A DNA stretch of 64,000 nucleotides from Oscillospiraceae bacterium (GTDB lineage: Bacteria; Bacillota; Clostridia; Oscillospirales; Acutalibacteraceae). The notes under the pieces were generated by a model that worked only from the letters and a program-made list of their open reading frames with translations, ran no database searches and was not told where the DNA came from. Of this stretch, positions 19,546-28,907 are shown one piece after another (the stretch's first letter is position 1; every line of letters starts with the position of its first letter). Made by a program: the position numbers and the translations under genes. The stretch is from contig DPVM01000008.1 of assembly GCA_003526845.1 (NCBI GenBank), positions 47,593 through 111,592 on the forward strand. The letters run 5' to 3'.

Positions 19546-20078
19546 AAATGAGTTTTGATAAATTGGAGCGAAATATTGTCAGCGTTATTAAGGAGTCGCA
19601 GGCAAAGCTCGGATATGAAAAAATGCCGCTCGGCATAAACTATATTAAACCGTCACTGTGCCACCTGCTCAACGATTGCACAGATGACGAAATCATGCCG
19701 CTTTTAAACCGTTTTGCTCGCGAAAAACAAGACAAATTCGGTGATATTTCAATTGCCGAAACAGATGGCGGATACCGTCTTACCGTGTCGGAAAAGGGAG
19801 TTGAGCTTGTGCACAATTCACTAAGCGACAACGATTTTATTGTGCAATTCGTCAATGCGATAAGACAGCCCGACTGCAATATTGACAAGGTTGTTGCGCT
19901 GTTTAAATCGTTCGGTGAAAATGTTCATTTTGAAAAAACTTCAAACGGCGAATTTGAATACTTGATTTATTTTGAGGACGGTGAGCCGGACGAATTTTAC
20001 TATTGCCTCGACGATGACGATTTCGGCGTGACATATCACCGCTTCACGAAAGAGGATTATATCGACTTCGGATTTTAA
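19542..20078 (+). CDS. Hypothetical acidic cytoplasmic protein of 178 aa, possibly a DUF3877-like clostridial protein.
   Basis: It overlaps the GH127 stop by 4 nt. It has no signal peptide or TM segment and is Asp/Glu-rich. Confidence 0.45.
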   Translation: MKMSFDKLERNIVSVIKESQAKLGYEKMPLGINYIKPSLCHLLNDCTDDEIMPLLNRFAREKQDKFGDISIAETDGGYRLTVSEKGVELVHNSLSDNDFIVQFVNAIRQPDCNIDKVVALFKSFGENVHFEKTSNGEFEYLIYFEDGEPDEFYYCLDDDDFGVTYHRFTKEDYIDFGF

Positions 20079-20098
20079 AAGGAAAATTTTGTTGGATT

Positions 20099-20133
20099 TA
20101 AACGGCTTTGCTTATTTGCAGAGCCGTTTTTCT
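20099..20133 (+). terminator. Rho-independent terminator.
   Basis: The stem is aaacggctttgc / gcagagccgttt followed by TTTT. Confidence 0.6.
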
Positions 20134-20335
20134 TTATTGCTTTACCGCACCAAAACACAAATATCATCAAATTGTTATATTTTTAACAATAAAAATCCTC
20201 AAATTTGTTGAAATATCCGAAAATGATATAACATCGTTATTTTTTTAACAAAAACTCTTGAATACTTAAATCTATAATTTTATAATAAAGGACAGTTAAA
20301 ACTCTAATTATATATTTTTTCGGAGGTAATGAATA

Positions 20336-21712
20336 ATGGAATATCGTATTGAACATGATTCGATGGGCGAGGTTAAGGTTCCTGCCGACAAATATTGGGC
20401 AGCTCAAACCGAGCGCAGCCATGAAAATTTCAAAATCGGAGTAGGCATCGAAACAATGCCTCGTGAGATTACTCACGCATTCGGCGTTTTGAAAAAGGCT
20501 GCCGCAATTGCAAACCACAAATTGAAATCGGAAAAAATGACCGACGAAAAGCTTGCGGCAATTTCGCAGGCGTGCGATGAGGTTATGAGCGGTGCGCTCA
20601 ACGAGCATTTTCCGCTTGTTGTTTGGCAGACAGGCTCGGGCACACAGTCAAATATGAATGCCAATGAGGTTATCGCCAACAGAGGTAACGAGATTGCAGG
20701 CAAAAAGCTTCTTCATCCAAACGATGATATTAATATGAGCCAGTCGTCAAACGATACTTTCCCGACAGCAATGAGTATTGCGGCTGTTTTGGGCATCGAG
20801 GATAAGGTTTTCCCGGCTCTCGACAAGCTTGTCGCAACACTTAAAAGACTTGAGTCTGAAAATGACGATGTTGTTAAAAGCGGCAGAACTCATCTTCAGG
20901 ATGCAACGCCGATTAAGTTTTCACAGGAAATAAGCGGCTGGAGAGCGTCGCTTGAAAAGGACAGACGACTTCTTGAAATCGCTCTTCCCGAGCTTAAGGA
21001 GCTTGCACTCGGCGGCACAGCCGTAGGTACGGGACTTAACGCTCCGGCAGGCTTTGATGTTGAGGTTGCAAAGGCAGTCAGCGAAATTACAGGCAAGCAG
21101 TTCATCACTGCGCCTAACAAGTTCCACGCTCTCACCTCAAAGGATGAGATTGTATTTGCTCACGGCGCACTCAAGGCTCTTGCAGCTGACCTTATGAAGA
21201 TGGCTAACGATGTTCGTTGGCTTGCATCCGGTCCGAGAGACGGACTCGGCGAAATTAAAATTCCCGAAAACGAGCCGGGCTCGTCAATTATGCCGGGTAA
21301 GGTTAATCCGACACAGTGTGAGGCTGTTACAATGGTTGCCGTTCAGGTTATGGGCAACGATGCGGCTGTCGGCTTTGCGGCTTCTCAAGGCAATTTCGAG
21401 CTTAATGTATTTATGCCGGTCATCATTTACAATTTCACTCAGTCGGTAAGGCTTTTGAGCGAGGTTATGGTATCATTCAACGACAACTGTGCAGTAGGCA
21501 TTAAGGCTGACAGAGAAAAGATGAACCACAATCTTCACAATTCGCTTATGCTTGTTACGGCGCTCAATCCTTATATCGGATATGAAAATGCTGCAAAAAC
21601 AGCTAAAAAGGCATATAAAGACAATATTTCATTAAAGCAAGCCTGCGTTGAGCTTGGATTCTTGAGCGAGGAAAGGTTTGACGAGGTATTCCATCCCGAG
21701 CAGATGGTTTAA
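20336..21712 (+). CDS. fumC: Class II fumarate hydratase (fumarase C).
   Basis: The fumarate lyase signature GSSIMPGKVNPTQCEA is present. The N-terminus MEYRIEHDSMGEVKVPADKYWAAQTERS is typical of FumC. The protein is 458 aa. Confidence 0.9.
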   Translation: MEYRIEHDSMGEVKVPADKYWAAQTERSHENFKIGVGIETMPREITHAFGVLKKAAAIANHKLKSEKMTDEKLAAISQACDEVMSGALNEHFPLVVWQTGSGTQSNMNANEVIANRGNEIAGKKLLHPNDDINMSQSSNDTFPTAMSIAAVLGIEDKVFPALDKLVATLKRLESENDDVVKSGRTHLQDATPIKFSQEISGWRASLEKDRRLLEIALPELKELALGGTAVGTGLNAPAGFDVEVAKAVSEITGKQFITAPNKFHALTSKDEIVFAHGALKALAADLMKMANDVRWLASGPRDGLGEIKIPENEPGSSIMPGKVNPTQCEAVTMVAVQVMGNDAAVGFAASQGNFELNVFMPVIIYNFTQSVRLLSEVMVSFNDNCAVGIKADREKMNHNLHNSLMLVTALNPYIGYENAAKTAKKAYKDNISLKQACVELGFLSEERFDEVFHPEQMV

Positions 21713-21761
21713 TATTAAATTCAGGGATAAAAGGGATAAATAGGAATAGGAGAATAGCGGT

Positions 21762-22544
21762 ATGACTTATAGTTATTATCCGGGCTGCACATTGAAAACA
21801 AAGGCAAAGGACTTGGATAAATATGCAAGGCTTTCTGCAGAGGCTCTCGGTGTAACGCTTGAGGAACTGCCCGATTGGCAGTGTTGCGGCGGCGTTTATC
21901 CGTTGGCAAAGGATGAAATCGCAACCAAGCTGTCATCTGTCAGAGCCTTGAACACGGCAAAGGAGCTTAATCAAGACCTTGTTACAATGTGCTCGGCGTG
22001 CCACAATGTTATTAAGCAGGTTAACAATGATATGAAAACCGATGAGGATATTGCATCAAGGGTCAACAATTATCTTAAACTTGACGCACCATACAACGGC
22101 GAAACAAATGTTATTCATTATCTTGAACTTCTGCGAGATGTTGTGGGATTTGACGAAATCAAAAAGAAAGTTGCAAATCCGCTTAAGGGCAAAAAGATAG
22201 CCGCATACTACGGTTGTCTGCTTTTGAGACCGAGCAGGGTTATGCAAATGGACGATCCGGAAAATCCGACAATTATGGAGGATTTCATCAAGGCGCTCGG
22301 CGCAACACCGGTTTTGTATTCAATGCGTAACGAATGCTGCGGCGGCTATACAACAATCGAAAACAAAAGTATTGCAACGGCGAAGGGAAACGCTGTGCTT
22401 GAAAACGCAGTTAACAACGGCGCAGAAATGGTTATCACAGCCTGCCCTCTTTGCATGTATAATTTGAATAAAAACGCAACCGATTACGACATTCCGGTTA
22501 AGTACTTCACAGAGGTGCTTGCCGAGGCTCTCGGTGTTAAATAA
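21762..22544 (+). CDS. hdrB: HdrB-like protein with two CCG domains (heterodisulfide reductase subunit B / SdhE / TfrB C-terminus type).
   Basis: Two copies of the C-x(n)-CCG-x(n)-C-x2-C motif are present: PGCTL...WQCCGG...CSAC and YGCLL...ECCGG...CPLC. Confidence 0.8.
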   Translation: MTYSYYPGCTLKTKAKDLDKYARLSAEALGVTLEELPDWQCCGGVYPLAKDEIATKLSSVRALNTAKELNQDLVTMCSACHNVIKQVNNDMKTDEDIASRVNNYLKLDAPYNGETNVIHYLELLRDVVGFDEIKKKVANPLKGKKIAAYYGCLLLRPSRVMQMDDPENPTIMEDFIKALGATPVLYSMRNECCGGYTTIENKSIATAKGNAVLENAVNNGAEMVITACPLCMYNLNKNATDYDIPVKYFTEVLAEALGVK

Positions 22545-22554
22545 GGAGGACTCT

Positions 22555-22944
22555 ATGATTAATAATAATGAATTAAAAGAGCAAATCCTTCAAATTTCCG
22601 GAGTGAATGCTCGCAAATGTATGCGATGCGGAAAATGCACGGCAACATGTCCCTCGTTTGACAATATGGAATATCATCCGCATCAGTTTGTTTACATGGT
22701 TGAAAGCGGAAATATCGAGCCTTTGCTCAATTCAAAATCGCTTTACACCTGCCTTTCGTGCTTTGCCTGCGTTGAAAGATGCCCCCGCGGCGTCGAGCCG
22801 GCAAAAATCGTCGAGGCAACAAGGCTTGCAGTTATCCGCGAGCAGGGTGCAAACCACCTTAAACCGCAGGATATACCCGAAATTCTTGATGACGATTTGC
22901 CGCAGCAGGCTATCGTCAGTGCGTTTAGAAAATATACAAAGTAA
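22555..22944 (+). CDS. hdrC: HdrC-like 2x[4Fe-4S] ferredoxin subunit.
   Basis: The cluster-binding motifs are CMRCGKCTATCP and CLSCFACVERCP. I chose the ATG at 22555, which follows the RBS aaggagg. Confidence 0.75.
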   Translation: MINNNELKEQILQISGVNARKCMRCGKCTATCPSFDNMEYHPHQFVYMVESGNIEPLLNSKSLYTCLSCFACVERCPRGVEPAKIVEATRLAVIREQGANHLKPQDIPEILDDDLPQQAIVSAFRKYTK

Positions 22945-22959
22945 GGAGGAAAACGGCGA

Positions 22960-24954
22960 ATGCAAAGAATTGGCGTATTTGTATGTTGGTGCGGTAGCAA
23001 CATTGCAGGTACCGTGGATGTTCACAAGGTTGCCGAAACCCTGAAAAACGAAGCGGGCGTTGTTTTCTCCACCGATTATCAGTACATGTGTTCACAGGCA
23101 GGTCAGGACCTTGTCAAAAACACAATCAAAGAATATAACCTTACGGGCGTCGTAATCTGCTCGTGTTCTCCGCGTATGCACGAAAACACATTCAGAAAAG
23201 CGGCGGCATCCGTTGGACTTAACCCTTATATGGTCGAGATTGCAAACATTCGTGAGCAATGCTCGTGGATACATAAGGATATGGCGACTGCTACGGAAAA
23301 GGCAATAATCCTCGGCAGAGCCGCAATTGCAAAGGTGCATCTCAATGCACCGCTTACGGCAGGCGAAAGCCCCGTTACAAAAAGAGCCCTTGTTATCGGC
23401 GGCGGTATTGCCGGTATCCAAACTGCGCTTGATATTGCCGAGGCAGGATTTGAGGTTGATATTGTTGAAAAATCACCTACAATCGGCGGCAAAATGGCTC
23501 AAATTGATAAAACATTCCCGACTCTTGACTGTGCGGCTTGTATTTTGACACCTAAAATGGTTGAGGCGGCACAGCAGGAGAATATTAAAATTTATTCATA
23601 CAGCGAGGTTGAAGAGGTCAAGGGCTTCGTAGGCAACTTCACTGTTAAAATCAAGAAAAAAGCAAGATATGTAAACGAGGATATTTGCACCGGTTGCGGT
23701 CTTTGCACGGAAAAGTGCCCGATGAAGCGCGTACCTAATGAATTTAATCTCGGCATGGATAACCGCCATGCGATTTACATTCCGTTTGCTCAGGCTGTTC
23801 CGAAGGTTGCAACAATCGACCCGACAGCCTGCATAAAACTTAAAACGGGCAAGTGCGGCCTTTGTTCAACAGTCTGCGAGGCTAAGGCTATCAATTATGA
23901 TGCTAATGACGAGTTCGTTGAGGCGAAATACGGCGCAATCGTTGTTGCAACCGGATTCAATCCGATTTCCGTTGAAAAATTTGACGAATTTGCGTATTCT
24001 CAAAGCCCCGATGTCGTTACCTCGCTTGAATACGAAAGACTTATGAACGCGGCAGGACCGACAAGCGGCACTCTTTTAAGACCGTCAGACCATAAGCATC
24101 CGAAAACAATCGTTTTTGTGCAGTGCGTAGGTTCCCGTTGTGACGGTGTTGACAGCAAGGGTAAACCGTATTGCTCAAAGGTTTGCTGTATGTATACCGC
24201 AAAACACGCAATGCTTACCCGTGAAAAATACCCCGACACGGATGTTTATGTATTTTATATTGATGTTCGTACCCCCGGCAAAAACTTTGACGAGTTTTAT
24301 CGCAGAGCTGTCGAGGAATACGGCGTTCACTATATCAAGGGTATGGTCGGCAAGGTAGTTCCCGAAAACGGAAAACTTAAAGTTCAAGCCTCCGACCTTC
24401 TTGCAAATGAGCAGCTTCATATCGACGCCGACATGGTGGTTCTTGCCGCCGCTGTCGAGCCTGATAAAAGCGCAAGACACCTTGCAACAATGCTCACCGC
24501 ATCTATGGATACAAATGATTTCTTCACAGAGGCTCACCCAAAACTTCGTCCTGTCGAATCACCGACAGCAGGCGTGTTCCTTTCGGGTATGTGCCAAGGT
24601 CCGAAAGATATTCCCGAAACCGTTTCGCAGGCATCTGCCGCGGCGGCAAAGGTTATTGGACTTCTTGTTAAGGATAAACTCACCTGCAACCCGTGCGTTG
24701 CACACAGCGACGAAATGCTTTGCAACGGCTGCTCAAGCTGTGAAAAGGTTTGCCCTTACGGCGCAATTACCTATGAAGAAAAAGAGTTCAGAATGCCCGA
24801 CAGAACTACGGCAATTCGCCGTGTCGCAAGCGTTAACCCTGCTGTTTGTCAGGGTTGCGGCGCATGTACGGTTGCCTGCCCGAGCGGCGCTATGGATTTG
24901 AACGGCTTTTCTAACAGACAAATTATGGCGGAGGTAGATGCGATATGCAGATAG
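22960..24954 (+). CDS. hdrA: HdrA-like FAD-containing iron-sulfur flavoprotein, the bifurcating-type heterodisulfide reductase subunit A.
   Basis: The FAD Rossmann fold reads ALVIGGGIAGIQTALDIAEAGFEVDIVEKSPTIGGKM. There are several 4Fe-4S motifs (CTGCGLCTEKCP, CGLCSTVCE, CNGCSSCEKVCP, CQGCGACTVACP). An N-terminal Cys cluster is present. The protein is 664 aa. Confidence 0.85.
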   Translation: MQRIGVFVCWCGSNIAGTVDVHKVAETLKNEAGVVFSTDYQYMCSQAGQDLVKNTIKEYNLTGVVICSCSPRMHENTFRKAAASVGLNPYMVEIANIREQCSWIHKDMATATEKAIILGRAAIAKVHLNAPLTAGESPVTKRALVIGGGIAGIQTALDIAEAGFEVDIVEKSPTIGGKMAQIDKTFPTLDCAACILTPKMVEAAQQENIKIYSYSEVEEVKGFVGNFTVKIKKKARYVNEDICTGCGLCTEKCPMKRVPNEFNLGMDNRHAIYIPFAQAVPKVATIDPTACIKLKTGKCGLCSTVCEAKAINYDANDEFVEAKYGAIVVATGFNPISVEKFDEFAYSQSPDVVTSLEYERLMNAAGPTSGTLLRPSDHKHPKTIVFVQCVGSRCDGVDSKGKPYCSKVCCMYTAKHAMLTREKYPDTDVYVFYIDVRTPGKNFDEFYRRAVEEYGVHYIKGMVGKVVPENGKLKVQASDLLANEQLHIDADMVVLAAAVEPDKSARHLATMLTASMDTNDFFTEAHPKLRPVESPTAGVFLSGMCQGPKDIPETVSQASAAAAKVIGLLVKDKLTCNPCVAHSDEMLCNGCSSCEKVCPYGAITYEEKEFRMPDRTTAIRRVASVNPAVCQGCGACTVACPSGAMDLNGFSNRQIMAEVDAICR

Positions 24955-25391
24955 AAGAAAACAAAGAATTCAGACCTAAAATCGTTGCCTTCTGCTGTAA
25001 CTGGTGCTCATACGCAGGCGCAGACCTTGCAGGCACAAACCGTCTTAACTATCCTGCCGATATTAAGATTATCCGTGTTCCGTGCTCCTGCCGTGTAAAC
25101 CCGATGTTTATACTCAGAGCATTTCAGCGCGGTGCAGACGGCGTTATTATGTGCGGTTGCCATCCCGGCGACTGCCACTATACAACAGGAAATTATTATG
25201 CAAGACGAAGAATGACTCTCCTTTTCTCAATGCTTGATTATCTCGGCATAGAGAAGGGCAGAACAAGAGTAGAATGGGTTTCTGCCGCAGAGGGTCAAAA
25301 GTTCGCCGAAACAATGAACAGCTTTGTTGAAACAATAATTGCCCTCGGTGAAAACAAAAGATTGGAGGATTTGAGATGCAAGACAAAATGA
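24945..25391 (+). CDS. mvhD: MvhD/FlxD-like subunit, the methyl-viologen-reducing hydrogenase delta-subunit family.
   Basis: The motif IVAFCCNWCSYAGADLAG ... VPCSCRV ... IMCGCHPGDCHY is present. The protein is 148 aa and overlaps the hdrA stop. Confidence 0.8.
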   Translation: MQIEENKEFRPKIVAFCCNWCSYAGADLAGTNRLNYPADIKIIRVPCSCRVNPMFILRAFQRGADGVIMCGCHPGDCHYTTGNYYARRRMTLLFSMLDYLGIEKGRTRVEWVSAAEGQKFAETMNSFVETIIALGENKRLEDLRCKTK

Positions 25392-26356
25392 TTTCTCGTG
25401 CGAAAGAACTCCTCCTCGACGGCACCGTAAACAGAGTTCTCGGCTGGAAAACGGGCGAGTTTGAATATGATATTACTCCGGCAGTGTTCACCACCGCACA
25501 GGAGCTTGAAAACGATTTTGTTTACAACAGCTTTGCGGCTGCAAACCTTTCGAAATATCTTGTAAAGGAAAGCAGAAAGGAAGGCAAAATTCTCGTATTT
25601 CTCAAGCCTTGCGATTCATACAGCTTTCAGGAGCTTATGAAAGAGCACAGAGTTATAAGAGAAAATGTTTACATCATCGGCATTGCATGCTACGGCAAGA
25701 CAGATATTGAAAAAATCAAAGAAAAGGGAATAAGCGGCATTTCAAGCGTCGGCGAGGACGATACAAATATCGTTGTCGATACGATTTATGACGGCACCGT
25801 CAAATTCCCGAAATATGAGGTTATGGCAGAGCGTTGCCTCTCCTGCAAGAGCAAAAAGGTTGTTGTTTATGACGAGCTTATCGGCGAAAACGGCGAGGTT
25901 AACGAGGATTGCAACCGCTTTGACTTGGTTGCAAAGCTCGAGGCAATGACTCCCGACGAGCGTTTCGCTTTTTGGCAAAACGAACTTTCAAAATGCATCC
26001 GTTGCAACGCATGCAGAAATGTTTGCCCTGCCTGCACATGTGAAAAATGTGTGTTTGACAACGACAATTCGGGTGTTGCGCAAAAGGCGGCAGCTAACAG
26101 TTTTGAGGAAAATATGTTCCATATTATCCGCGCATTCCATGTTGCCGGCAGATGCACAGACTGCGGCGAATGCTCACGCGTGTGCCCACAGCATATTCCG
26201 CTTCACCTGCTCAACCGCAAATTCATCAAGGATGCAAACGAGCTTTACGGTGAATATCAGGCAGGCGCAGATATGGAAACAAAGCCGCCTCTTGTTAACT
26301 TTACATATGACGATTGCGAGCCAAGCGTTGTTTATGAAAGAGGAGGTGCCGAATAA
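25376..26356 (+). CDS. Iron-sulfur subunit with an FrhB-like N-terminus and a C-terminal 2x[4Fe-4S] domain (FlxC-like).
   Basis: The cluster motifs are CIRCNACRNVCPACTC and CTDCGECSRVCP. It overlaps both upstream and downstream genes. Confidence 0.55.
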   Translation: MQDKMISRAKELLLDGTVNRVLGWKTGEFEYDITPAVFTTAQELENDFVYNSFAAANLSKYLVKESRKEGKILVFLKPCDSYSFQELMKEHRVIRENVYIIGIACYGKTDIEKIKEKGISGISSVGEDDTNIVVDTIYDGTVKFPKYEVMAERCLSCKSKKVVVYDELIGENGEVNEDCNRFDLVAKLEAMTPDERFAFWQNELSKCIRCNACRNVCPACTCEKCVFDNDNSGVAQKAAANSFEENMFHIIRAFHVAGRCTDCGECSRVCPQHIPLHLLNRKFIKDANELYGEYQAGADMETKPPLVNFTYDDCEPSVVYERGGAE

Positions 26357-27375
26357 TGTATAAAATCGCATTTGGTAAAATTTCGGCGCTCTTTAACGCA
26401 ATTTCATCGGTTGAAAAACTTTATGTTCCGACCGATAAGGACGATATTGCGGTTTTTGCCGAATATAAGGACGGCGTTGAGCTTACTCAAAAGCTTAACA
26501 CTAACCGCTCGGCTAAAGATTTTTTCTTCCCACAGACAGAAAATCTTTACGATGTAAAAATGAAAGACAAAAAAATCGAGATTACAGATACAAGAGAAGA
26601 GTGTGAGGATTTCGTTATCTTCGGCGTAAGAGCGTGCGATGTCCGTTCGTTCTCGATTCTTGACAAGGTGTATCTTGCAGACCCGATTGATTCCTATTAT
26701 AAAAACAGACGCGACCACGGCACGATTATTTCGCTTGCCTGCGGCAGACCCGAGGAAACCTGTTTTTGCCAAAGTTTCGGCATAAATGCGGCAGACCCCG
26801 AGGGCGATGTCAAGGCTTGGAAAATCGGCGACGAACTTTATTTGCAAGGCGCAACAGACAAAGGCAATGCATTGCTCGAAAAGGTTTCCTCGGTTCTTGA
26901 ATCGGCAGACGAAAAAGCTGTTGACGATGCAAAAAGCGCTATTAACGCAGTTATGAAAAAGCTTCCGCTTGCAAAGGTAAGTTTTGAGCATATGAAGGAC
27001 AACGATTTGCTTGACTATTTCAACAGCGACAAGTGGTCCGGCCTTTCTGAGGCTTGCCTCGGTTGCGGCACATGCACTTTCGTTTGCCCGACTTGTCAGT
27101 GCTACGATATTCGCGAGTTTGATACCGGAAACGGTATTAAAAAATTCAGATGCTGGGACAGCTGTATGTATTCCGACTTCACGAAGATGGCTCACGGCAA
27201 TCCGCGTACAACTCAACTTCAGCGCTTCAGACAAAGATTTATGCACAAGCTTGTGTATTTCCCCGATAACAATAACGGCGAATTCGGTTGCGTCGGCTGC
27301 GGCAGATGCCTTGCAAAATGCCCGATTTCAATGAATATTGTTAAGGTGGCAAAGGCATTGGAGGTGAATGTGTGA
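26356..27375 (+). CDS. AsrA / sulfhydrogenase-beta / FlxB-like iron-sulfur subunit.
   Basis: The cluster motifs are CLGCGTCTFVCPTCQC and CVGCGRCLAKCP. Its 339-aa length matches AsrA/HydB-type proteins. Confidence 0.55.
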   Translation: MYKIAFGKISALFNAISSVEKLYVPTDKDDIAVFAEYKDGVELTQKLNTNRSAKDFFFPQTENLYDVKMKDKKIEITDTREECEDFVIFGVRACDVRSFSILDKVYLADPIDSYYKNRRDHGTIISLACGRPEETCFCQSFGINAADPEGDVKAWKIGDELYLQGATDKGNALLEKVSSVLESADEKAVDDAKSAINAVMKKLPLAKVSFEHMKDNDLLDYFNSDKWSGLSEACLGCGTCTFVCPTCQCYDIREFDTGNGIKKFRCWDSCMYSDFTKMAHGNPRTTQLQRFRQRFMHKLVYFPDNNNGEFGCVGCGRCLAKCPISMNIVKVAKALEVNV

Positions 27376-28202
27376 TGAATAACGAAACATTAATTCCGGT
27401 AATCGGCGAGGTTACCGATATAAGAGTTGACACACCCGATGTCAAGACCTTCAGAGTCACTGCGTTGGGCGGCGGAAAAGCGTTTGAGCATATCCCCGGT
27501 CAGTGTGCAATGCTCTCAATCCCGGGTGCAGGCGAAGCAATGTTTTCAATCACTTCCTCACCAACTACAAAGGATTATATGGAATTCAGCATCAAAAAGT
27601 GCGGTTGCCTCACAACCTGGCTCCACGAAATGGAGGTAGGTCAGCAAATCACTATCAGAGGTCCGTACGGCAACGGTTTCCCGGTTGATACCGAGTTTGT
27701 CGGCAAGGATTTGCTTTTCATTGCCGGCGGTATCGGTCTTGCTCCGCTCCATTCCGTAATCAATTACTGCCGTGCCAACAGAGAAAAATACGGCAAGATT
27801 GATATTGTTTACGGCTCACGCTCGGCAGATGATCTTGTTGATTATCAGGAGATTATCGACGAATGGTGCAAAGAGGACGGCATCAATGTTTATCTCACCA
27901 TCGACAGAGAGCAGGAGGGTTGGGACGGTCATGTCGGTTTTGTTCCCAACTATGTTAAGGAACTCGGCTTTGATACAAACAAAACGGCTGTAATCTGCGG
28001 TCCGCCTATTATGATTAAGTTTACACTTACGGGTCTTGTTGAACTTGGATTTGACAAAACCCAGGTTTACACCACAATGGAGCTTAAAATGAAATGCGGT
28101 GTCGGCAAATGCGGCAGATGCAACATCGGCGATAAATACGTTTGTAAAGACGGTCCTGTTTTCCGCTGTGACCAGCTTGACGAAATGCCGACCGAGTATT
28201 AA
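27372..28202 (+). CDS. FAD/NAD(P)H-binding oxidoreductase with a C-terminal [2Fe-2S] (AsrB / HydG / PyrK / FlxA-like). It is the likely NADH entry point.
   Basis: The NAD-binding glycine motif reads DLLFIAGGIGLAPL, with an FNR-like fold. The C-terminal cluster motif is CGVGKCGRCNIGDKYVCKDGPVF. The protein is 276 aa. Confidence 0.7.
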   Translation: MMNNETLIPVIGEVTDIRVDTPDVKTFRVTALGGGKAFEHIPGQCAMLSIPGAGEAMFSITSSPTTKDYMEFSIKKCGCLTTWLHEMEVGQQITIRGPYGNGFPVDTEFVGKDLLFIAGGIGLAPLHSVINYCRANREKYGKIDIVYGSRSADDLVDYQEIIDEWCKEDGINVYLTIDREQEGWDGHVGFVPNYVKELGFDTNKTAVICGPPIMIKFTLTGLVELGFDKTQVYTTMELKMKCGVGKCGRCNIGDKYVCKDGPVFRCDQLDEMPTEY

Positions 28203-28217
28203 TAGGAGGATGCGTAG

Positions 28218-28895
28218 ATGGAAAAAGAAATGGTAAATATCTATTTGTTCGGCAAAAAATACGAAGTGCCATCAAATCTTACAATAATGAACGCTATGGA
28301 ATACGCAGGCTATCAGCTTAAAAGAGGTTGCGGATGCAGAAACGGCTTCTGCGGCGCCTGCGCAACAATTTACAGGGTTAAGGGCGACAGAGAGCTTAAA
28401 GCTTGCCTTGCATGCCAAACAAAGGTTGAAAACGATATGTATATCGCAACTCTTCCGTTCTTCCCGCTTATCAAGCAACCGTATGATATTGAAAAAGTTA
28501 AGCCGACAGAGCAGATTATGATGCAGCTTTATCCCGAGATTTATGCATGCGTCGGCTGTAATGCCTGCACAAATGCGTGCACACAGGGTCTTAATGTTAT
28601 GCAATATATTGCATATGCTCAAAGAGGCGAATACGAAAAGTGTGCCGAGGAGAGTTTTGACTGCGTAATGTGCGGCGTTTGTTCGTCGCGTTGCCCGGCA
28701 GGAATCAGTCATCCGCAGGTTGCATTGCTTGCAAGACGACTCAACGGCAAATATCTTGCTCCCGAAAGCAAGCATTTGACAGAAAGAGTTCAGGAAATCA
28801 AGGACGGCACATTTGAGGAACTTATTCAAAACCTTATGCAAAAGCCGCTTGACGAGATTAAAGAGCTTTATAACAACAGAGAGATTGAGAAGTAA
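28218..28895 (+). CDS. Succinate dehydrogenase / fumarate reductase iron-sulfur subunit-like protein (FrdB/SdhB-like, 2Fe-2S plus two [4Fe-4S]/[3Fe-4S] sites).
   Basis: The 2Fe-2S motif is CGCRNGFCGACA...C. The C-terminal cluster motifs are CVGCNACTNAC and CVMCGVCSSRCP. The RBS is aggagg. Confidence 0.7.
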   Translation: MEKEMVNIYLFGKKYEVPSNLTIMNAMEYAGYQLKRGCGCRNGFCGACATIYRVKGDRELKACLACQTKVENDMYIATLPFFPLIKQPYDIEKVKPTEQIMMQLYPEIYACVGCNACTNACTQGLNVMQYIAYAQRGEYEKCAEESFDCVMCGVCSSRCPAGISHPQVALLARRLNGKYLAPESKHLTERVQEIKDGTFEELIQNLMQKPLDEIKELYNNREIEK

Positions 28896-28907
28896 GGAGG
28901 TGCCGAT

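Noticed and set aside
26404-27246. 280-aa minus-strand ORF
   Set aside because: It is antisense to the AsrA-like gene. It has no RBS and its product is implausible and Cys/Phe-rich. The plus-strand gene has canonical 4Fe-4S motifs and operon coupling.
28272-28841. 189-aa minus-strand ORF
   Set aside because: It is antisense to the Cys-motif-rich frdB-like gene. The plus-strand product has recognisable Fe-S motifs and an RBS.
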